Origin: an uncultured bacterium
GTDB lineage: Bacteria; Acidobacteriota; UBA6911; RPQK01; JADFOI01
Length of the DNA stretch: 48,415 nucleotides
NCBI GenBank assembly: GCA_965369785.1
Contig: CBDUTA010000002.1
Coordinates: 1-48,415 of the forward strand
Direction: 5' to 3'
The translations under genes and the position numbers were made by a program. Below, in pieces: positions 44,337 to 48,415 of this stretch; the stretch's first letter is position 1; every line of letters begins with the position of its first letter. Below the pieces are notes generated by a model. That model saw nothing but the letters and a program-made list of their open reading frames with translations, did no database searches and had not been told where the DNA came from.

Positions 44337-44420
44337 TTCCAGGCTCCAGGTTCCAGGTCCGGTTTGGAATTTGGAATTTTAAATTTGTTTGGGATTTGGG
44401 ATTTTGAATTTTGGGTTTTC
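44337..44420 (+). repeat. 7-8-nt periodic low-complexity block: (TTCCAGGN)x3, then (TTTGGAA)x2 and (TTGGGAT)x2, ending in T-tracts
   Basis: The read is TTCCAGGCTCCAGGTTCCAGGTCCGGTTTGGAATTTGGAATTTTAAATTTGTTTGGGATTTGGGATTTTGAATTTTGGGTTTTC. Confidence 0.8.
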
Positions 44421-44566
44421 CGGCCTCCGGCCGGTGCTTTTACACCGCAAACCTGCTCCTCGCCCACTGTCAGGAATTTGTCGGGATGACGTTTCCGTGA
44501 CGGCATTAAACACCCTCAACCTCTTAATTCATTGAAAACAAGCCGGAAATTGAAATCGATCAGAGC

Positions 44567-44581
44567 TGGCACGGGGTTTGC
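44567..44581 (+). promoter_or_regulatory. Sigma54 promoter, TGGCAC-GGGGT-TTGC, for the maf / pse module
   Basis: The -24/-12 match is perfect, with GG at 44568-44569 and GC at 44580-44581. The predicted start site, near 44593, falls downstream of the first ATG (44585) of the next ORF. Confidence 0.6.
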
Positions 44582-44584
44582 TTT

Positions 44585-44971
44585 ATGAATAAAGCCCAAG
44601 CAATGCAACAAAAAGAGGTGATGCAGCAAACAATCTTGGAGGCCCGGAAATACGGGCGAAAACTGGCTGCAGCCTGTTCGATGATCAGTGACTGCTTTGA
44701 GCAGGGGGAAAAACAGGAAGGAATCTGCTTGTTAGGAGAGTTTTTTGAAGGCCTGGAATGGTTTAGCAGTGCCGTATGTCTCACTCAGCCTCTGCAGCTC
44801 GATCAGGATATATCGATCAATTTAGGACAGCTTCCCGCCAGTTTGAATCCCCTGGTTGAGGCGTTACAGAACCAGGATTACGTTCTGGTGTCAGACGTCT
44901 TGCTTCACGAAGTACAGCCTGTCCTCCATTCCTGGTCCGATGAGCTGGCCAAGAGCAACGGAATAAATTAG
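44585..44971 (+). CDS. Hypothetical small protein upstream of the Maf-family gene; true start probably 44603 or 44621
   Basis: The 128-aa ORF ends 1 nt before the next gene. I recognise no motif. The start is uncertain because of the overlapping sigma54 element. Confidence 0.5.
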   Translation: MNKAQAMQQKEVMQQTILEARKYGRKLAAACSMISDCFEQGEKQEGICLLGEFFEGLEWFSSAVCLTQPLQLDQDISINLGQLPASLNPLVEALQNQDYVLVSDVLLHEVQPVLHSWSDELAKSNGIN

Positions 44972-46807
44972 ATGTCCTCTGCCATTAGTCGGAACATGAG
45001 CATGTCAAGCGTCGAGAAAGTCGAAGCAAAGAATGGGCAGCCTACATTGCGGCTCAGGTCGAAACAAGGCCGGCAAGTGTTCTTACATAGCAGCTACGAT
45101 CCCCAGAAAGAGGCGGACAGCTGGGCTAGTAAGCTGGATTTTGGCCCAGACAGCATGATGGTCTTGTTCGGCTTGGGACTGGGCTATCACCTACGTGCCC
45201 TGTTGCCTCTCGTGCAATCTTCCACCAAAATTATCGTCATAGAGCCCAACGATGAAGTTGTGCAAGCGGCCCGGGAATTGGAGGGCAATCGAAGCCTCTT
45301 CGATCAAGAGACAATACATATTGTGAAGGATTGGAACGGTTTTAAGGAGACCTACTTGAGAGTCGGAAACCCTTGGGACAACCTCTTCTTTTCTAAAATC
45401 CCTGTCTACCCTCAAGTGTATGAGAACGAATATCTTTCCTTTATCAAAAAGTTCCAGAAAGAAGTCAACAGCTTGCGAGCTAATCTCTGTACGGTGCTTT
45501 TTTTTTCCGAGAGGTGGCAGAGAAACTTGTTTAAAAATCTCCGATTCCTGAAGGAGAGTGCTCGAGTCGCTTCGATTTTTGGAGAATTCAAGAAAAAGCC
45601 GGTAATTATTGTCTCTGCAGGGCCCTCTTTGATGGAGAACATTGACCAGCTTCACAAGGCCAAAGGGAAGGCGTTGATCATAGCGGTCGGGACAGTGATT
45701 AAGCTGCTGCTTCATCATGATATCCTTCCTGATTTGGTGATTTCCTTTGATGGTGGACCAGAGAACTACGAGGGCCATTTTAAGGGAGTCAAGATTTCCG
45801 ACGTTCCCCTCGTCTATGATCCGACCATCTACTACAAGATCGTCGAAGAGTATGGAGGTCCCAAGGCTCTCATGCTCATTGATCCTGGAAACCTTTGGCT
45901 CGAGGATTACCTGGACGGGCCCATTGGTTTTTTAAAGACCGGCCCCTCCGTCGCCAACACCGCCCTGAGTTTAGCCTGCCGATTGGAAGCAGACCCGATT
46001 ATTTTCGTGGGTCAAGACCTGGCCCATACCGGAGGACTCACCCACGCGGAACATACTCATGGCGAAGGACATGACTATCGAATTCAGACCAACGAAAAGA
46101 CTGTCTGGCTCGATGGTTTTGACGGGAAGTCGGTCCCCTCAGACAAAAAAATGCTGACCTATCTACACTCCTTAGAAGAGGAGATCCGATTGATTGAGGG
46201 AAAGCGGACGATCATCGATGCAACGGAAGGTGGAGCCAAGATTGCGGGAACGAAAATCATCCCTCTCTCCAAAACCCTGGAGTTATATTGCACGGAGGAT
46301 CTGTCCGAGAGGATTGAGTTCGTGAAGGCCGAGTGTTCGACACCTCAAGCCTGCGATCTCAGCCCTCTGGTTTCTTATCTGGAATCAGCCAAGACCACTA
46401 TGGAGAAACTCATCCCTCAGTGTACCAAAAGTATGCGTCTGGCTCGCAAGTTGGTCCGTCATTTCTCGGATAACAAACCCTGCAATATTCGGAAAATTCT
46501 CATAAAACTGGAAAAAATGGACAAGAAGCTGAAAAAGGAACAGGCGAAATATCCCCTGCTCCATTATTTGTTGGCTCCCTTGGGACTGGTGAGGGAAGCG
46601 AAGGTGGAAGCCTGGAAAGATCTGGAGGTCAGTGAGCAGTCTTATCAATTGTATGCAAGTCTGAAGCGAGCGTTCGCGTACTCAGTACCGTTTCTAGAAG
46701 AGTTGATTACGGCCTTGGACGACGGGATTCCGGAGTCTGTGGGGTTCAGCGCGGTGCCTTCTGAACCAACCACCTCTGGGTCGGCTTCAATGAGGCTTCA
46801 CAGTTGA
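44972..46807 (+). CDS. Motility-associated factor (Maf) family / MptE-like putative flagellin glycosyltransferase
   Basis: KPVIIVSAGPSLMENIDQLHKAKGKALIIAVGTVIKLLLHHDILPDLVISFDG is the DUF115/Maf core pattern. The product is 611 aa and lies next to pseB and pseC. Confidence 0.75.
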   Translation: MSSAISRNMSMSSVEKVEAKNGQPTLRLRSKQGRQVFLHSSYDPQKEADSWASKLDFGPDSMMVLFGLGLGYHLRALLPLVQSSTKIIVIEPNDEVVQAARELEGNRSLFDQETIHIVKDWNGFKETYLRVGNPWDNLFFSKIPVYPQVYENEYLSFIKKFQKEVNSLRANLCTVLFFSERWQRNLFKNLRFLKESARVASIFGEFKKKPVIIVSAGPSLMENIDQLHKAKGKALIIAVGTVIKLLLHHDILPDLVISFDGGPENYEGHFKGVKISDVPLVYDPTIYYKIVEEYGGPKALMLIDPGNLWLEDYLDGPIGFLKTGPSVANTALSLACRLEADPIIFVGQDLAHTGGLTHAEHTHGEGHDYRIQTNEKTVWLDGFDGKSVPSDKKMLTYLHSLEEEIRLIEGKRTIIDATEGGAKIAGTKIIPLSKTLELYCTEDLSERIEFVKAECSTPQACDLSPLVSYLESAKTTMEKLIPQCTKSMRLARKLVRHFSDNKPCNIRKILIKLEKMDKKLKKEQAKYPLLHYLLAPLGLVREAKVEAWKDLEVSEQSYQLYASLKRAFAYSVPFLEELITALDDGIPESVGFSAVPSEPTTSGSASMRLHS

Positions 46808-46839
46808 ACTCAGCCGTCCAGCCAGGTGGTAGAAGCGAA

Positions 46840-47889
46840 ATGATAAGAGATAAAACAATACTCATAACGGGCGGAACCGGTTCCTTCGGAAGGAAGTTTG
46901 TCGAAATCGCACTCCGCGATCACGCACCAAAGCGCATTATCATTTTCAGCCGCGGGGAACTCAAGCAAGAGAAAATGCGCAGAGAGTTCAACGATTCCAG
47001 AGTCACTTTTTTTATCGGGGATGTGCGCGACCGTGATCGACTTCACCGGGCTTTTGAGGCCGATCTGGATCTCGTCATTCACGCGGCGGCACTCAAGCAG
47101 GTACCGGCCTGCGAATACAATCCCTTCGAGGCAATCAAGACCAATGTGCTGGGAGCGGAGAACATCATCGACGCAGCCATTGACAGTGGCGTTCCCAAGG
47201 TCATTGCGCTCAGCAGCGACAAAGCGGTCAGTCCCAACAACCTGTATGGGGCCACAAAGTTATGTGCGGAGAAGCTGTTTGTGCAGGGAAATTCCTACGC
47301 CGGCAAAAGAGAGACACGTTTTAGCTGCGTTCGTTACGGCAATGTATTGGGAAGTCGAGGCAGTGTGATTCCGCTTTTTTTGTCACAGCGTAAGCTGGGC
47401 AAGATCTCCGTCACAGACCGGCGCATGACTCGTTTCTGGATGACCCTGGAACAGGCTGTGGAACTGGTCATTTGCTGTGCCAGACTGATGCGGGGCGGAG
47501 AAGTGTTTGTGCCGCGGATTCCCAGCATGGGAATCCTGGACATGGTCCAGGCCGTGGCTCCGGATTGCGAAATCGAATTCAGCGGAATCCGACCTGGAGA
47601 AAAATTGACTGAAACGCTGATTTCTGCGGAGGAAGCACGCCATACAGTTGCTCTCGATGAGATATACGTGATTCAACCGGAGCATCACTGGTGGGGTCAG
47701 AAGAATTGGATTGAAGGTCGGCCGCTGCCTCAGGGCTTCGCTTTGACCAGTGAATCCAATGATCTTTGGATGACCTGCGAAGAGTTGCTGGAAATCGTGG
47801 GAGAGGGAATCAATGAACAAGACGATGGTTTCCCCTGGCAGAGCCATGCGGCGGCAGACACCTCTGCCTTACGGGCGACACTGGATTGA
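46840..47889 (+). CDS. pseB: UDP-N-acetylglucosamine 4,6-dehydratase (inverting), pseudaminic acid pathway
   Basis: ILITGGTGSFG, FFIGDVRDRDRL, the YGATK catalytic motif and RYGNVLGSRGSVIP are present. The ORF-track start at 46804 (TTG) overlaps the upstream stop. Confidence 0.85.
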   Translation: MIRDKTILITGGTGSFGRKFVEIALRDHAPKRIIIFSRGELKQEKMRREFNDSRVTFFIGDVRDRDRLHRAFEADLDLVIHAAALKQVPACEYNPFEAIKTNVLGAENIIDAAIDSGVPKVIALSSDKAVSPNNLYGATKLCAEKLFVQGNSYAGKRETRFSCVRYGNVLGSRGSVIPLFLSQRKLGKISVTDRRMTRFWMTLEQAVELVICCARLMRGGEVFVPRIPSMGILDMVQAVAPDCEIEFSGIRPGEKLTETLISAEEARHTVALDEIYVIQPEHHWWGQKNWIEGRPLPQGFALTSESNDLWMTCEELLEIVGEGINEQDDGFPWQSHAAADTSALRATLD

Positions 47890-48415
47890 CGAAAGCGATA
47901 TTGCAGCGGTCATCCAGGTCCTTCGTTCCGATTGGCTCACCACGGGTCCGAAAGTAGAGGAATTCGAAAGAGCTTTTGCTGACCGTGTGGGTGCTCGAGA
48001 AGCGGTTGCGTTAAGCAGTGGCACTGCCGGACTGCATGCCGCCATGGCCGCTTTGGACATTGGTCCCGGACAGGAGGTCATCGTGTCCCCGATGACCTTT
48101 GCCGCCAGCGCAAATTGCGTGCTCTTTCAGGGAGGCACTCCGGTCTTTGCCGATGTCGATCCGGATACACTGCTGCTGGACCCCTCTCAGGTGGAAGGCC
48201 GAATCACTCCTCGCACCAGGGCCATTATCGCCGTGGATTATGCCGGCCAACCCTGCAACTATCAGGCTCTAAAAACAGTAGCTGAGGAACACGGGCTGGC
48301 CCTGGTAGCAGACGCCTGTCACGCACTGGGAGCCAGTTGCAAAGGTCGTCCGGTGGGAACACTGGCTGACTTGAACACCTTTAGTCTTCACCCCGTGAAG
48401 CACATCACATCGGGA
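47813..48415 (+). CDS. pseC: DegT/DnrJ/EryC1-family aminotransferase (PseC-like), 3'-truncated by the window end
   Basis: I translated it by hand: ..LPYGRHWIDESDIAAVIQVLRSDWLTTGPKVEEFERAFADRVGAREAVALSSGTAGLHAAM..FSLHPVKHITSG. It is absent from the ORF track because there is no stop in the window. GAGGG lies 5 nt before ATG 47813, and ATG 47846 is an alternative start. It overlaps the pseB 3' end. Confidence 0.8.
   Translation, partial: MNKTMVSPGRAMRRQTPLPYGRHWIDESDIAAVIQVLRSDWLTTGPKVEEFERAFADRVGAREAVALSSGTAGLHAAMAALDIGPGQEVIVSPMTFAASANCVLFQGGTPVFADVDPDTLLLDPSQVEGRITPRTRAIIAVDYAGQPCNYQALKTVAEEHGLALVADACHALGASCKGRPVGTLADLNTFSLHPVKHITSG

Noticed and set aside
22517-44420. Short periodic repeats (GGACTGAG, CACGAAYG, TTCCAGGN, TTTGGAAT), considered as a possible CRISPR array or other spacer-repeat locus
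   Set aside because: The units are 7-8 nt and directly abutting, with no unique spacers of 25-40 nt. No cas genes are present. They are micro-satellite or REP-like sequences, not CRISPR.

Overview
The 48.4-kb window is almost entirely coding, mostly on the + strand, and falls into three blocks.

(1) 1-18.5 kb is a respiratory super-cluster. It opens with a sigma54-type promoter and a membrane dihaem cytochrome c (NarC-like). narG and narH follow, then a 271-bp MITE sitting exactly on the narH stop codon, then narJ, narI and two NarK-type MFS transporters. After a gap of only 15 nt come the six Alternative Complex III genes actABCDEF.

(2) 18.5-22.8 kb is a small signalling/redox island in repeat-rich intergenic DNA. 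It holds an HDOD protein (+) and, convergent to it, an SthA-like transhydrogenase translationally coupled to a second HDOD protein (-).

(3) 22.8-48.4 kb is a flagellar block:
- fliL, a fliN paralog, fliOPQR, flhBAFG, fliA and fliMN;
- two non-canonical genes, a DUF2802-like membrane protein and an orphan MshEN-domain protein;
- flgFGAHI and a flgJ rod-binding domain;
- flgM, an unlisted 55-aa basic ORF, flgN, flgKL, fliW and csrA;
- a flagellin-glycosylation module: a Maf-family protein, pseB, and pseC running off the window end.

I saw no rRNA, tRNA, CRISPR array, transposase or recognisable defence genes. Taxonomy cannot be assigned from the sequence alone.

The most interesting signals are:
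- an MshEN-type putative c-di-GMP receptor embedded in the flagellar cluster;
- perfect TGGCAC-N5-TTGC sigma54 promoters in front of the nar/ACIII unit, fliL, flhA and the maf module;
- two MITE families with TA target duplications, copies of which begin exactly at the stop codons of narH and flgI;
- a dispersed 8-nt-periodic repeat/hairpin family;
- a GGA-rich structured region directly downstream of csrA.

All functional calls come from motif reading of the supplied translations. No database search was run.
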